Under the pieces are notes generated by a model, which was given only the letters and a program-made list of their open reading frames with translations, searched no databases and had not been told where the DNA came from. Shown piece by piece: positions 49,300 through 60,084 of a stretch of DNA of 64,000 bases. This DNA comes from Parabacteroides sp. FAFU027. Its GTDB lineage: Bacteria; Bacteroidota; Bacteroidia; Bacteroidales; UBA7332. Each line of letters starts with the position of its first letter. Position 1 is the first letter of the stretch. Location of the stretch: NCBI RefSeq assembly GCF_022808675.1, contig NZ_JAKZKV010000005.1:261953-325952 (forward strand), in the 5' to 3' direction. The position numbers and the translations under genes are program-made.

Positions 49300-51087
49300 A
49301 TGAAGAATATCCGCAACTTTTGCATTATTGCTCACATTGACCACGGAAAAAGTACACTGGCTGACCGTCTGCTTGAATTTACGAAAACAGTAGAAGGAAA
49401 AGACCTTCAGGCGCAGGTACTCGATAATATGGATCTGGAACGCGAACGAGGCATCACCATCAAAAGCCACGCCATCCAGATGGAATACGTTTATCAAGGT
49501 GAAAAATATATCCTTAACCTGATTGACACTCCGGGACACGTTGACTTTTCATACGAGGTTTCCCGCTCGATTGCCGCCTGCGAAGGTGCATTGCTGATTG
49601 TTGACGCTACACAGGGAATCCAGGCGCAAACCATTGCCAACCTATACATGGCCATCGAGCATGACTTGGAAATTATCCCCATTGCCAACAAAGTGGACCT
49701 CGAAAGCGCCATGCCGGAAGAGGTGGAAGACCAAATCATCGAATTGCTGGGTTGCAAACGCGAAGAGATTATCCGTGCCAGTGGCAAAACCGGTATTGGC
49801 GTGGAAGACATTCTGGCCGCAATCGTAAACCGCGTTCCAGCTCCTAAAGGTGACCCGGAAGCCCCACTACAATGTCTTATTTTCGACTCTGTATTCAATT
49901 CTTTCCGCGGAATCATCGCTTATTTCAAAATTGTAAACGGCACTATCCGTAAAGGCGACAAGGTAAAATTCTTCTCTACAGGCAAAGAGTATGAGGCTGA
50001 CGAAATCGGTGTACTTAAACTCAATATGGCTCCTCGCGAAGAGCTGGGAACAGGGGACGTAGGCTATCTGATCACCGGTATCAAGACCTCCAAAGAGGTG
50101 CGTGTTGGTGATACCATTACACATATTGCTAATCCTTGTAAAAGTGGAATCGCCGGTTTTGAAGAGGTAAAACCAATGGTATTTGCCGGGATTTATCCTA
50201 TCGAAGCAGAAGACTTCGAAGATCTGCGTGCATCTTTGGAAAAACTCCAACTGAACGATGCCTCCCTGACTTTCCAGCCTGAATCATCACTGGCTTTGGG
50301 CTTCGGGTTCCGATGCGGTTTCCTTGGATTGTTGCACATGGAGATTATCCAGGAGCGTCTCGACCGCGAGTTCGATATGGACGTTATCACCACTGTTCCT
50401 AACGTTTCGTACCGCGTGTATGACAAACAGGGTATAATGTCGGAAGTGCATAACCCGTCCGGTCTCCCTGATCCTACTCATATCGAAAGTATCGAAGAGC
50501 CGTATATCCGAGCAACTGTCATCACTACCACAAACTTCATCGGACCGATCATGTCGCTTTGTCTCGGCAAGCGTGGTGAACTGCTCAAACAGGAGTACAT
50601 CTCAGGTGACCGCGTGGAGATCATCTATGATATGCCATTGGGTGAAATTGTAATCGACTTTTACGATAAACTGAAGAGTATTTCGAAGGGGTATGCTTCA
50701 TTTGACTACCACATCCACGACTTCCGTCCGTCGAAGCTGGTAAAACTGGACATCCTGCTTAACGGCGAATCGGTGGATGCCCTTTCTACACTAACTCACG
50801 TGGATAATGCTTACGGACTGGGACGTCGCATGTGTGAGAAACTGAAAGAGCTAATCCCGCGTCAGCAATTTGACATCGCTATCCAGGCTGCGATCGGAGC
50901 GAAAATTATCGCACGAGAAACCATCAAAGCGGTTCGTAAAGACGTAACTGCAAAATGTTATGGTGGTGATATTTCCCGTAAGCGTAAACTGCTCGAGAAA
51001 CAGAAGAAAGGTAAAAAACGCATGAAACAGATCGGTTCGGTTGAGGTTCCGCAGAAAGCGTTCCTCGCAGTATTGAAACTGGATTAA
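49300..51087 (+). CDS. lepA: Elongation factor 4 (LepA)
   Basis: [23 protein letters not shown]-domain, 595 aa, and the LepA-specific C-terminal domain. Confidence 0.95.
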   Translation: MKNIRNFCIIAHIDHGKSTLADRLLEFTKTVEGKDLQAQVLDNMDLERERGITIKSHAIQMEYVYQGEKYILNLIDTPGHVDFSYEVSRSIAACEGALLIVDATQGIQAQTIANLYMAIEHDLEIIPIANKVDLESAMPEEVEDQIIELLGCKREEIIRASGKTGIGVEDILAAIVNRVPAPKGDPEAPLQCLIFDSVFNSFRGIIAYFKIVNGTIRKGDKVKFFSTGKEYEADEIGVLKLNMAPREELGTGDVGYLITGIKTSKEVRVGDTITHIANPCKSGIAGFEEVKPMVFAGIYPIEAEDFEDLRASLEKLQLNDASLTFQPESSLALGFGFRCGFLGLLHMEIIQERLDREFDMDVITTVPNVSYRVYDKQGIMSEVHNPSGLPDPTHIESIEEPYIRATVITTTNFIGPIMSLCLGKRGELLKQEYISGDRVEIIYDMPLGEIVIDFYDKLKSISKGYASFDYHIHDFRPSKLVKLDILLNGESVDALSTLTHVDNAYGLGRRMCEKLKELIPRQQFDIAIQAAIGAKIIARETIKAVRKDVTAKCYGGDISRKRKLLEKQKKGKKRMKQIGSVEVPQKAFLAVLKLD

Positions 51088-51113
51088 TATTGAAAATACA
51101 GCTTATTCATCAA

Positions 51114-51145
51114 ATAAAAAAGGCACCAATTGGTGCCTTTTTTAT
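51114..51145. terminator. Bidirectional terminator between lepA (+) and the DUF4349-like gene (-)
   Basis: aaaaaggcacca att tggtgcctttttt. Confidence 0.8.
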
Positions 51146-51159
51146 TTGGATATATCCAT

Positions 51160-52065
51160 TTACTCTTGACTCTCTTTTTTCTTTGCGAAATAAATCTTAT
51201 AAAGCAAATAAACGATTCCTGCCATAAGGATTAAGCCCCAAAGCTTTACGATAAACAGGAACAATTCAGAAATAACCACCCAACCGACTTTAATTGCCTC
51301 CCAAAGCTTAAGGAAAAATCCGGGTTGGTACGCCTCTACATTTTTCTCATTTGGAATCAATTCATTTAACATTCCCTGACGCTGATAAACGGAGAGATTA
51401 ATGGTGCTGTACTTCATCTGATCCTCCAGCGAGAGATTTTCCACAAATGCATTATCTGCTGCTTCCTGCTTGTTTTGCAGGGTCTCCTCGGCAGCTGCCG
51501 TTTCACCCAACTTCTTGCCACGGGTATCTATAGATTTTGCAAGTCGGGATTCTGCCGTTTTGGCACGCTTCTGTGTCAGCTTGTTGGTTAACACCTGAAG
51601 CGACACGTCATCAGCTTTAATGACTCGATAGTCAAGATAAGTAACCAGACAGGCTAATTGGCGTAACGTGGTATCCAGCTTCACATTAGGAACGCGCAAT
51701 ACCATATCGTTCGTTACTGTGTAATAGGTTGTCTCAAGCGTAGAATCGCTACTAATCTCGGTAGTCTTCACATTATCCTTATTACTGCTCAGATTCGTCG
51801 AAGCAACATAACCTCCCATCCGGGCAGTAATATCTTCAATAACTGTCGTTGCCTTTGCTACATTATTCACCCTGAACTTCAGATTCGCTGTCCGGATAAA
51901 CTTATGAGTAGAATCACCGGGATTTTCAACTGCGGCAGAAGAACTCATATTAACAGTCGTAGAATCTGCCGCTGCCTCATAGCTCATTTTGTCTGCCGCT
52001 TTATTGCCACAACCGGTCAACAGTGCAATAACACCAAGAGAAAAGATAATTTGTCTGGTTTTCAT
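51160..52065 (-). CDS. DUF4349-like lipoprotein with a C-terminal transmembrane anchor
   Basis: Lipobox ALLTGC, a central region of predicted strand/helix, and a C-terminal hydrophobic segment before KKKESQE. Family assignment is from memory of the DUF4349 architecture. Confidence 0.45.
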   Translation of the reverse strand: MKTRQIIFSLGVIALLTGCGNKAADKMSYEAAADSTTVNMSSSAAVENPGDSTHKFIRTANLKFRVNNVAKATTVIEDITARMGGYVASTNLSSNKDNVKTTEISSDSTLETTYYTVTNDMVLRVPNVKLDTTLRQLACLVTYLDYRVIKADDVSLQVLTNKLTQKRAKTAESRLAKSIDTRGKKLGETAAAEETLQNKQEAADNAFVENLSLEDQMKYSTINLSVYQRQGMLNELIPNEKNVEAYQPGFFLKLWEAIKVGWVVISELFLFIVKLWGLILMAGIVYLLYKIYFAKKKESQE

Positions 52066-52293
52066 AATAAACGATTTTTTAATTGTGTGATAGCTATTTC
52101 TTTTCGCAACCTAATTCAACGTTAACATCTGATACAATAAATAATTCTTACACCACTAATTTCACAAGAGAGCTAATCGAAGCGATTAACAAATGCAATT
52201 ATACAAGTTTTATTTCTATATTTGCTTTCAATAGAACACTAAATTTAATCGGCGTTGATGTTTTTTACAATAACAAGAGAAGATCCGAATACT

Positions 52294-54138
52294 ATGAAGA
52301 AAAAGATCTACCAATTCTGCACTTTGCTTTTACTAACCATATCAACACTTTACGCTCAGGATGCAAAAGTTCTAAAAATGACTCAATACTGTGAAATTGC
52401 AGACAATAAGCTCACTGAAACAGATACAATAACATTTGCCATATTCAATCGCAACGGAGAAGAGCACTGTCAAATCAGTATTCCTTATTCTAAAATGGAA
52501 AAGTTATCGGATATCAATGGATGGATTGATGACAGCCGTGGCAATAGGATAAGAAATCTTCGCAGTGCAGATATTTCCGATGCAAGTTATAGGAATGCAA
52601 GCTCGTTATACCAGGACGAATTCATCAAAACGCTCGTACTTAAGCATAATGTCTATCCTTACATTGTAACCTACACCTACCGGACAACCAGGAAGCAGTT
52701 TCTGTCAATTGCCGACTGGACTCCGGTCTATAACTATAGCATGCCGACTGACAAAGCGTCACTAACGATTAAAGTACCCAGGAACTACGATATTAGATTC
52801 AAAGAAAATGGTATTCAATCTCATAAAATTGATAGTTTGCCCGGGCAAATCAAACATATCTGGACTGCAACTTATACACAGCCCATACTTTCCGAAAAGT
52901 ACAGCATTGACAGAGAGGAACTGACACCCTATGTAAAAGTAGTACCCAGACACTTTATCTATGGTGTGGAAGGTGAGCTTCAGAGCTGGGAATCCTTCGG
53001 CAACTGGTATTGGCGCCTGACCAAAGGATTAAACGATTTATCAGCTCAGGACAAAGAGCAAGTGCAAGAGCTCACCCGCGGCATCACGGATAAAAAGGAG
53101 ATGATCAGAAAAATCTATCATTTCATGCAGGACCAGACCCGCTACATCAATATTTCTCTTAACATCGGGGGACTTAAACCCTACCCGGCCTCCTATGTAT
53201 CAACCAACAAATATGGTGACTGCAAAGCATTGAGTAATTATATGAAGTCATTGCTCGAGAGCGTCGGTATCCCGTCTTATCTTACGATCATCGAAGGAGA
53301 TCATTTACCTAAAAAGGTTTTGAAAGATTTCCCATCCAGTCAGTTTAATCATGTGATCCTTACCGTTCCACTGGATAAAGACACTTTATATCTGGAAAAC
53401 ACAAGTAATATCCATCCCTTCGACTTTACCGGAGCATTTATCCAAAACAGGGAAGCACTATTGATAAGGGAAAAGGGAAGTAAGCTTATTCATATTCCGG
53501 CTTTTAGCAGCAAAAAGGGGGAAAACGACAGAACTATCAATATTCACTTAAGCAAAACGGGAAATGCCGATGCTGATCTGAGTTTCCGATTCCGTGGGTA
53601 TAATTTTGACCTCTTCAATAGCCTGAAGTCGGATTACAATCAGGATTTTCAGGATAGACAGGTGAGAGAATATCTGCCTTTAAGCAATTACGAAGTGATC
53701 AGTTGGGACTTAACCAAAGCAGACCGCGATAGCGCTTTCATCACGCTCAACACCAAAGTAAATCTGTACAAGTATCTGAAGCCCATCGGAAATGAATTTT
53801 ATTTCAGCCTTCTCCCCATTGGCACCCTTGGATTTGAGACTCCTCAAAGCCGAACTTTGGCGGTATCACTTCCTTTTCCAATTTCATATACAGATACCAT
53901 CAACTTCATTTTCCCCGACGGTTATAAACTTAAGAATCTTCCCGAGACACAAACCATGCAAAGTAAATATGGCAAATGCAATCTTCTGTTTTTAGACAAA
54001 AAAGATACTATGACACAGGTGCGGCAGTTTGAACTGAATGCCGGAACTATTGATAGAAAGGAATACGATGCTTTTTATGAATTTCTCAAGCGGATTGCCG
54101 AGTCTGATCGAAGAAAAATTGTAATTACCACCAAATAA
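52294..54138 (+). CDS. DUF3857 + transglutaminase-like cysteine-protease-fold protein
   Basis: Signal peptide. Transglutaminase core YGDCKALSNYMKSLLESVGIPSYLTII with the catalytic Cys present. Confidence 0.7.
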   Translation: MKKKIYQFCTLLLLTISTLYAQDAKVLKMTQYCEIADNKLTETDTITFAIFNRNGEEHCQISIPYSKMEKLSDINGWIDDSRGNRIRNLRSADISDASYRNASSLYQDEFIKTLVLKHNVYPYIVTYTYRTTRKQFLSIADWTPVYNYSMPTDKASLTIKVPRNYDIRFKENGIQSHKIDSLPGQIKHIWTATYTQPILSEKYSIDREELTPYVKVVPRHFIYGVEGELQSWESFGNWYWRLTKGLNDLSAQDKEQVQELTRGITDKKEMIRKIYHFMQDQTRYINISLNIGGLKPYPASYVSTNKYGDCKALSNYMKSLLESVGIPSYLTIIEGDHLPKKVLKDFPSSQFNHVILTVPLDKDTLYLENTSNIHPFDFTGAFIQNREALLIREKGSKLIHIPAFSSKKGENDRTINIHLSKTGNADADLSFRFRGYNFDLFNSLKSDYNQDFQDRQVREYLPLSNYEVISWDLTKADRDSAFITLNTKVNLYKYLKPIGNEFYFSLLPIGTLGFETPQSRTLAVSLPFPISYTDTINFIFPDGYKLKNLPETQTMQSKYGKCNLLFLDKKDTMTQVRQFELNAGTIDRKEYDAFYEFLKRIAESDRRKIVITTK

Positions 54139-54162
54139 TAACGATACTAAAACACGAAACTA

Positions 54163-56115
54163 ATGAAAAAGCAGTTCTTAATCGTGATGTTTTTCATTGC
54201 CAGTCTGCCTGCAATGAGAGCACAAAACAATGACCTGGCATCTCTTAACGAGGCGCTGACACAAAAACAATACCCTGGTGATCCTGCCGCTGAAGCCGCA
54301 ATCCTGAGTGATGTAGGAAGGTCTTTTTTCGAAAGCGGCGACGAAGGTTTTTCTCTCTATTTTGAGCGTAAAACCAGAGTCAAGATTTACAAAAAAGCAG
54401 GTTTAAAATGGGGTGAGATTGAAATTCCATTCTATTTTGCCAATGAAGGAATTGAAAGAATTTATGATATTATCGGCGCAACTTACAATCTGGAGGACGG
54501 TATTGTAAAATCGACGCCATTGGCAATCGATAAAAAGCTGGAAGAGAAAGTTGATAAGAATTGGCGGATAATGAAATTTGCCATGCCCAATGTAAAAGTG
54601 AGCTCCGTTATAGATGTATCCTACAAAATCAGCAGTCCATACCTGTTTAACCTGCGTAGCTGGGATTTTCAATACAAAATCCCCATCAAATATAGCGAGT
54701 ACCGTACCTGTATGAATCCATTCTACGAATACATTTATATTCTGCAAGGTACAAATCAGTTAAGTGGATTCAATTCATTTGTTGATCCTGGAATGAGCCG
54801 ACACTTTGGAGGTATCGAATACCATGACATGATATACGAATTTATCATGAAAGATGTTCCGGCATTCAGAGATGAAACATTTATCTCCTCAGCTAATGAC
54901 TATATGATCAAACTGAACTTTCAGCTTTCAAAGATACATTATCCAACCGGAGGTGAACGTAAAATCATGTCGACTTGGGAAAATCTCGTTAAAGAGATGC
55001 TTGGTTCCGACGGCTATGCCGGTTATTTATCAGATGCAGAGAAGAAAGCCAAAGCGATAGTAGATACTATGAAATTCAGGTCAACCGATCCACTTGAAAA
55101 GGCGAAAGCCATTGAACGTTATATAAAAGACAACTTCAGTTGGAACGGAGATGTAACGAAATTCCCTGATAGCAGCCTAAAAGAACTTCTTAAAACAAAA
55201 CGGGGAAATAGTGCCCAAATCAATCTGTTTCTTATCGGGATGTTGAAGGCCGCGGGCATTGAGACTTCACCGGTACTGCTTAGTACACGTGGGCATGGAA
55301 AGATATTCTCTGACTATCCCTTCCTGCATTTCTTTAATTATGTGATTGCAATGGCGAAAGTAGGAGAAGATCTTATTCCGTTGGATGCCACCGACCCATT
55401 GAGTAATTTCATGGAAATACCTCCTGTCTGTTTCAACGATAAGGGACTGTTACTTAAGAAAGAAAACGCGCAATGGATTACAATTAATAATCCCGGCTTG
55501 TCAAACTCAACCTATGTTCTGGACCTTCAACCTGACCCGATAAAAGAAAATGTATCAGGAAAAATAAAGATTGAGACTACTGGTTATGATGCTCTGAAAC
55601 TCCGCGAACAATATCAGTCAAACTTTAAGCAATTTAAGAGCGATATCTTACCTTCAACCCTTACGCTAGCAGACTCTATTAAGACTAATAATCTGTCTCA
55701 ATATGAAAAATCTTTTGAAGTTAATTTCGGAGCCAATACTCCTTTGGAGAAAGTGGAAGACAAACTGATTATTTCACCATTCTGCAATCTTTCTATCACA
55801 GAAAATCCGTTGAAAGGAGTTAGCCGTAGTTACCCGATTGACATGAACTATAAAAAAGAGAAGAAATATATCGCTACTATCCAAATTCCCAAAGGCTACA
55901 AAGTATTCTCAAAACCGGAAGATCTGAAATTGTCAAACAATCTGGGTGCTATCTCATTTACAACTGAAATTATTGACAATCAGACTGTCAAAATCATTGG
56001 TAGTTATAAGTTTAACAACGACGTGATTAATGCCGATCAATACTATGAATTGAAAGGATTCTTCAATAAAATCGTGGATAAATTCAACGAAAAAGTAATC
56101 TGCATAAAAGGATAA
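54163..56115 (+). CDS. DUF3858/DUF3857-family protein with a transglutaminase-like domain lacking the catalytic Cys (paralogous partner)
   Basis: Signal peptide. The equivalent core region reads KRGNSAQINLFLIGMLKAAGIETSPVLLST, with Ser/Asn where Cys is expected. Confidence 0.6.
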   Translation: MKKQFLIVMFFIASLPAMRAQNNDLASLNEALTQKQYPGDPAAEAAILSDVGRSFFESGDEGFSLYFERKTRVKIYKKAGLKWGEIEIPFYFANEGIERIYDIIGATYNLEDGIVKSTPLAIDKKLEEKVDKNWRIMKFAMPNVKVSSVIDVSYKISSPYLFNLRSWDFQYKIPIKYSEYRTCMNPFYEYIYILQGTNQLSGFNSFVDPGMSRHFGGIEYHDMIYEFIMKDVPAFRDETFISSANDYMIKLNFQLSKIHYPTGGERKIMSTWENLVKEMLGSDGYAGYLSDAEKKAKAIVDTMKFRSTDPLEKAKAIERYIKDNFSWNGDVTKFPDSSLKELLKTKRGNSAQINLFLIGMLKAAGIETSPVLLSTRGHGKIFSDYPFLHFFNYVIAMAKVGEDLIPLDATDPLSNFMEIPPVCFNDKGLLLKKENAQWITINNPGLSNSTYVLDLQPDPIKENVSGKIKIETTGYDALKLREQYQSNFKQFKSDILPSTLTLADSIKTNNLSQYEKSFEVNFGANTPLEKVEDKLIISPFCNLSITENPLKGVSRSYPIDMNYKKEKKYIATIQIPKGYKVFSKPEDLKLSNNLGAISFTTEIIDNQTVKIIGSYKFNNDVINADQYYELKGFFNKIVDKFNEKVICIKG

Positions 56116-56127
56116 CTGTCTCTCAAT

Positions 56128-56167
56128 AAAAAGCGCCGAAATTGTGACGATTCCGGCGGTTTTTATT
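56128..56167. terminator. Bidirectional terminator between 54163-56115 (+) and kbl (-)
   Basis: aagcgccgaa...ttccggcggttttt. Confidence 0.6.
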
Positions 56168-57358
56168 TTAAATCAACACCTTCAGCACCCTGCCTATCTT
56201 TATAAACGCTTCCACTGCTTTCTGTAAATGTTCATGTGTATGTGCTGCCGAGACCTGCACACGAATCCTGGCCTTACCTTCCGGTACAACAGGATAGAAA
56301 AATCCTATCACGTAGATGCCTTCATCAAGCAGCTTCTGGGCAAATCGTTGAGCCAGCACTGCATCGTATAGCATAATTGCACAAATAGATGATTCCGTCG
56401 GTTTAATATCGAAGCCCGCGTGAATCATCTTTTCCACAAAGAAGTCTGTATTGTGGTGCAACCGTTCTACCCATTCGTCAGACTCTTCGAGCAGATCAAA
56501 CACCCGCAACGCCGCGCTGACTACTGCTGGTGGTAACGAGTTCGAAAAGAGATACGGACGTGAGCGTTGGCGCAGCAAGTCGATAAATTCCTTACGTCCG
56601 GTCGTAAATCCACCAATCGCTCCACCAAAAGCTTTTCCCAGAGTCCCCGTGATAATATCGACCTGACCGCGAATATTAAACAATTCTGTAACTCCCCTGC
56701 CCTTTTTACCAACCACTCCGGCAGAATGACATTCATCCACCATCACCAGAGCATCGTATTTTTCGGCTAAGGCCACAATCTTATCCACCGGAGCCACATT
56801 TCCATCCATCGAAAAAACACCGTCCGTGGCGATGATGCGGAAACGTTCATTCTGAGCCAACTGCAATTGTTTCTCTAAATCAGCCATATCGGCATTGGCA
56901 TATCGATACCGCTTGGCTCGCGAAAGCCTTACTCCATCAATGATTGAAGCATGATTCAATGAATCGGAGATAATGGCATCCTCCTCTGTGAAGAGTGGCT
57001 CAAAAATGCCTCCGTTCGCATCAAAACAGGCCGCATAGAGAATAGTATCTTCTGTGCCAAAGAAATCGGCAATGCGCTGTTCCAGCAATTTATGAATATC
57101 CTGCGTTCCGCAAATAAAGCGTACCGAAGACATCCCGTATCCCCGGTTATCCAGACCAGCCTTAGCAGCTTCAATCAGGTCGGGATGGTTTGACATACCC
57201 AGGTAATTATTGGCACAAAAGTTTATCACCTCGCGTCCGTCATTGAGCTTAATCACCGCATCCTGTGGACTGCAAATGATTCGCTCCTGCTTATAGAGAC
57301 CGCTTTCTTTGATTTTTTGCAGCTCTGCCTGAAGATGCTGTCTGATTTTTCCGTACAT
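56168..57358 (-). CDS. kbl: Glycine C-acetyltransferase (2-amino-3-ketobutyrate CoA ligase)
   Basis: PLP-dependent class II aminotransferase fold. 396 aa; the N-terminus and length match Kbl. Lysine motif region TLGKAFGG. Confidence 0.9.
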   Translation of the reverse strand: MYGKIRQHLQAELQKIKESGLYKQERIICSPQDAVIKLNDGREVINFCANNYLGMSNHPDLIEAAKAGLDNRGYGMSSVRFICGTQDIHKLLEQRIADFFGTEDTILYAACFDANGGIFEPLFTEEDAIISDSLNHASIIDGVRLSRAKRYRYANADMADLEKQLQLAQNERFRIIATDGVFSMDGNVAPVDKIVALAEKYDALVMVDECHSAGVVGKKGRGVTELFNIRGQVDIITGTLGKAFGGAIGGFTTGRKEFIDLLRQRSRPYLFSNSLPPAVVSAALRVFDLLEESDEWVERLHHNTDFFVEKMIHAGFDIKPTESSICAIMLYDAVLAQRFAQKLLDEGIYVIGFFYPVVPEGKARIRVQVSAAHTHEHLQKAVEAFIKIGRVLKVLI

Positions 57359-57509
57359 GATAATATTTTTAAGGAGTTAAGTCTAATGCGGAATTATTTT
57401 TTCGATATATTTACAACAAGTTGAAGTCGGGGAATGTTGTTACGATAGACCTCTCCACTCCTCCTAAAAGAGGGGAAACCTGGAGCGAAAATAGTAAAAG
57501 ACAACTATT

Positions 57510-58478
57510 ATGAATAAAATTCTTATCACCGGAGCGTTGGGACAAATCGGGTCGGAACTTTCACACGCATTCAATGAGCGTTACGGGAATGAAAACGTCA
57601 TTGTTTCTGATGTGAATCCCGATTTGAATGGTATTTATCCGGAAAATATATTTGTGCAGACAGATGTTACGGACATTGATGCCCTTGATAATCTCATTCA
57701 ACAACATCAGATTGACACCGTAATACACCTTGCCGCAATCTTATCTGCCAAAGGAGAACAAAATCCGGAACTGGCCTGGCACATCAATGTGAACGGCTTG
57801 CTCAATGTGATAAAACTCGGCATCAAATACAATCTCGACCGGTTGATGGTTCCCAGTTCGATTGCAGTATTCGGTCCGCAATCCACGCTTTACAACGCCC
57901 CGCAAGAAACAATATTGAAGCCCAATACAATGTACGGCATTTCGAAAGTGATTGGTGAAATGCTCGGGAGTTATTATTACCGGAAAAACGGACTGGATTT
58001 TCGCGGTATCCGCTATCCCGGCATCATCAGTTACAAAACACCGCCGGGCGGAGGAACAACGGATTATGCCGTCGAGATTTTCTACGAAGCGCTCAAAACC
58101 GGACATTACACCTGTTTCCTGAGCAGCGAAGCTTGCCTGCCAATGATGTATATGCCCGACTGTGTAAGGGCGACCATCGAACTGCTGGAAGCAGATGCTG
58201 AATTTCTCAAACATCACGGTGACTACAATGTCGGAGCCATGAGCTTTACCCCTGAAGATTTGGCCAATGAAATCCGCAAATACATTCCTAACTTTACCAT
58301 TGACTACAAACCTGATTTCCGGCGCGAAATCGCCAAATACTGGCCGGCATCCATTGACGATTCTGCCGCTTGTGCCGATTGGGGATGGCTGCCCCGATAT
58401 AATTTGGAAATGATGGTCAAAGATATGCTCGTGCATGTGGCCGAGAAACTGAATATTCCATTTTCACTTAAACAATAA
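57510..58478 (+). CDS. tdh: L-threonine 3-dehydrogenase, NAD-dependent epimerase/dehydratase (SDR-extended) type
   Basis: ILITGALGQIGSEL Rossmann motif and YGISK catalytic motif. Divergent from kbl, as in known tdh-kbl pairs. Confidence 0.85.
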   Translation: MNKILITGALGQIGSELSHAFNERYGNENVIVSDVNPDLNGIYPENIFVQTDVTDIDALDNLIQQHQIDTVIHLAAILSAKGEQNPELAWHINVNGLLNVIKLGIKYNLDRLMVPSSIAVFGPQSTLYNAPQETILKPNTMYGISKVIGEMLGSYYYRKNGLDFRGIRYPGIISYKTPPGGGTTDYAVEIFYEALKTGHYTCFLSSEACLPMMYMPDCVRATIELLEADAEFLKHHGDYNVGAMSFTPEDLANEIRKYIPNFTIDYKPDFRREIAKYWPASIDDSAACADWGWLPRYNLEMMVKDMLVHVAEKLNIPFSLKQ

Positions 58479-58490
58479 AAACAAATCAAT

Positions 58491-59678
58491 ATGGCTTACC
58501 GCATCGTATTTACCATGCTTATGTTCATCGTGTTATTCAATGGAATAACCGACTGGTATTTCTACAAAAGAGTGCTGCAACGATTCAATGCTCCTCAATG
58601 GCTGAAGAAGACACATATCTGCATCAGTCTCTTTTTTGTAGCCTATGTTATCTTCCTTATTTACAAGTTTATCAATCCTTATACCGACCCAACCTCCACC
58701 GTTTATGTTTGGGGAACATACACTTTTCTGCTTTTTTATTTACCCAAACTGGCTTTCCTGTTGCTCTCCTGGCCAGAGCTTATCTGGAAAAAGACAAAAG
58801 GTTTTTCAATCGCAGGAGGAGTGCTCGGGCTGACCATTGCAGGATGTATGCTTTGGGGGTCATTGGTCGGACGTTTTCAGTTTCAGGAAAATAAGGTCAA
58901 TATTCCATCAGAAAGACTTCCAAAGGCTTTCGACGGATATACGGTGGTACAGTTCTCTGATACTCACCTTGGCAACTTCGGACACGACAATTCCATCATT
59001 CAGGAGATGGTGGACCGGATTAACGCGACACATCCTGACCTCATCGTCTTTACCGGTGACCTGGTAAATACCAAATCGGGAGAAATTGACCGCTTCTATC
59101 CTATTCTGACAAAGCTCAAAGCCAGGGACGGAGTCTATTCCATCATGGGTAATCACGATTACGGCGATTATGTCTATTGGAGAAAACCTTATGAGCATCA
59201 GGAAAACCTTGACAATTTGCATAAGAAACAGGCGAGTCTGGGGTGGAAAATGCTTAACAATCGCTCTGTTTATCTGCACCGTGGCAATGACAGTATCGCT
59301 CTGATTGGCGTTGAGAACTGGGGTGAGCCACCGTTCCATCAATACGGCAACCTGACGATGGCCATGAAAAATGTCAATTCGACTTGCTACAAACTGTTGC
59401 TTTCGCACAATCCGGAACATTGGCGCCGAATCATTTTACCAAATATAAAATACGATATCGACCTCACACTTGCCGGACACACCCACGCCTGGCAAATGGC
59501 CATCAAGATTGGAAATAAGCGTTACTCTCCGGCTGCCTTCAAATACCCCAACTGGGGTGGTCTGTCTGAAGAAAAAGGGAAATATCTCTATGTCAATGAG
59601 GGCATCGGCTATGTAATGTGGCCTATGCGATTCGGTACCGGACCGGAGATTACGGTTTTGCGGTTGTTTAAGAATTGA
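58491..59678 (+). CDS. Membrane-anchored calcineurin-like metallophosphoesterase
   Basis: Four N-terminal TM segments, then metallophosphatase motifs FSDTHLG, GDLVN, GNHDY and AGHTH. Confidence 0.75.
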   Translation: MAYRIVFTMLMFIVLFNGITDWYFYKRVLQRFNAPQWLKKTHICISLFFVAYVIFLIYKFINPYTDPTSTVYVWGTYTFLLFYLPKLAFLLLSWPELIWKKTKGFSIAGGVLGLTIAGCMLWGSLVGRFQFQENKVNIPSERLPKAFDGYTVVQFSDTHLGNFGHDNSIIQEMVDRINATHPDLIVFTGDLVNTKSGEIDRFYPILTKLKARDGVYSIMGNHDYGDYVYWRKPYEHQENLDNLHKKQASLGWKMLNNRSVYLHRGNDSIALIGVENWGEPPFHQYGNLTMAMKNVNSTCYKLLLSHNPEHWRRIILPNIKYDIDLTLAGHTHAWQMAIKIGNKRYSPAAFKYPNWGGLSEEKGKYLYVNEGIGYVMWPMRFGTGPEITVLRLFKN

Positions 59679-59730
59679 ATTTACAAGGTATAATGATCGA
59701 TAGCGGCACAGAAAAAGGGCTGGGAGTCTG

Positions 59731-59919
59731 CCTCCCTCGCATTTTTCAGCGCCGCTATCGCAGTTTTCAGTGCCTCTGACGCATTTTTCAGTACCGCTGA
59801 AGCATTTCGGAGTGACTCCAAAGCGTTTTTCAGTGCCTCCCTCCCATTTTTCAGTGTCGCTGATGCATTTTTCAGCACCGCTCTCCCGTATTTCAGTGCC
59901 GCTGATGCAATTTTCAGTG
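59731..59919. repeat. Tandem repeat of ~9 copies of a 21-bp unit (consensus CCGCTGATGCATTTTTCAGTG), with two alternating subtypes giving a 42-bp higher-order period
   Basis: Units read directly at 59731, 59752, 59773 ... 59899. Both strands are ORF-open: the minus frame gives a heptad ALKNASE-type repeat, the plus frame HFSVPLM-type. Confidence 0.8.
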
Positions 59920-60084
59920 CATTCTGATGGGTTATTCCTTTTTTATTTCCATGCACAGACGCGGCATGCCACGTCTCTTCTAAATTGCCACATCTGAATG
60001 CCATTTCGTTATCACACATCCGAAATTTGTGCTAATTTTGCAGCCGGTTAAATTATTCGCAATAAACATTAAACCAAACATAAG

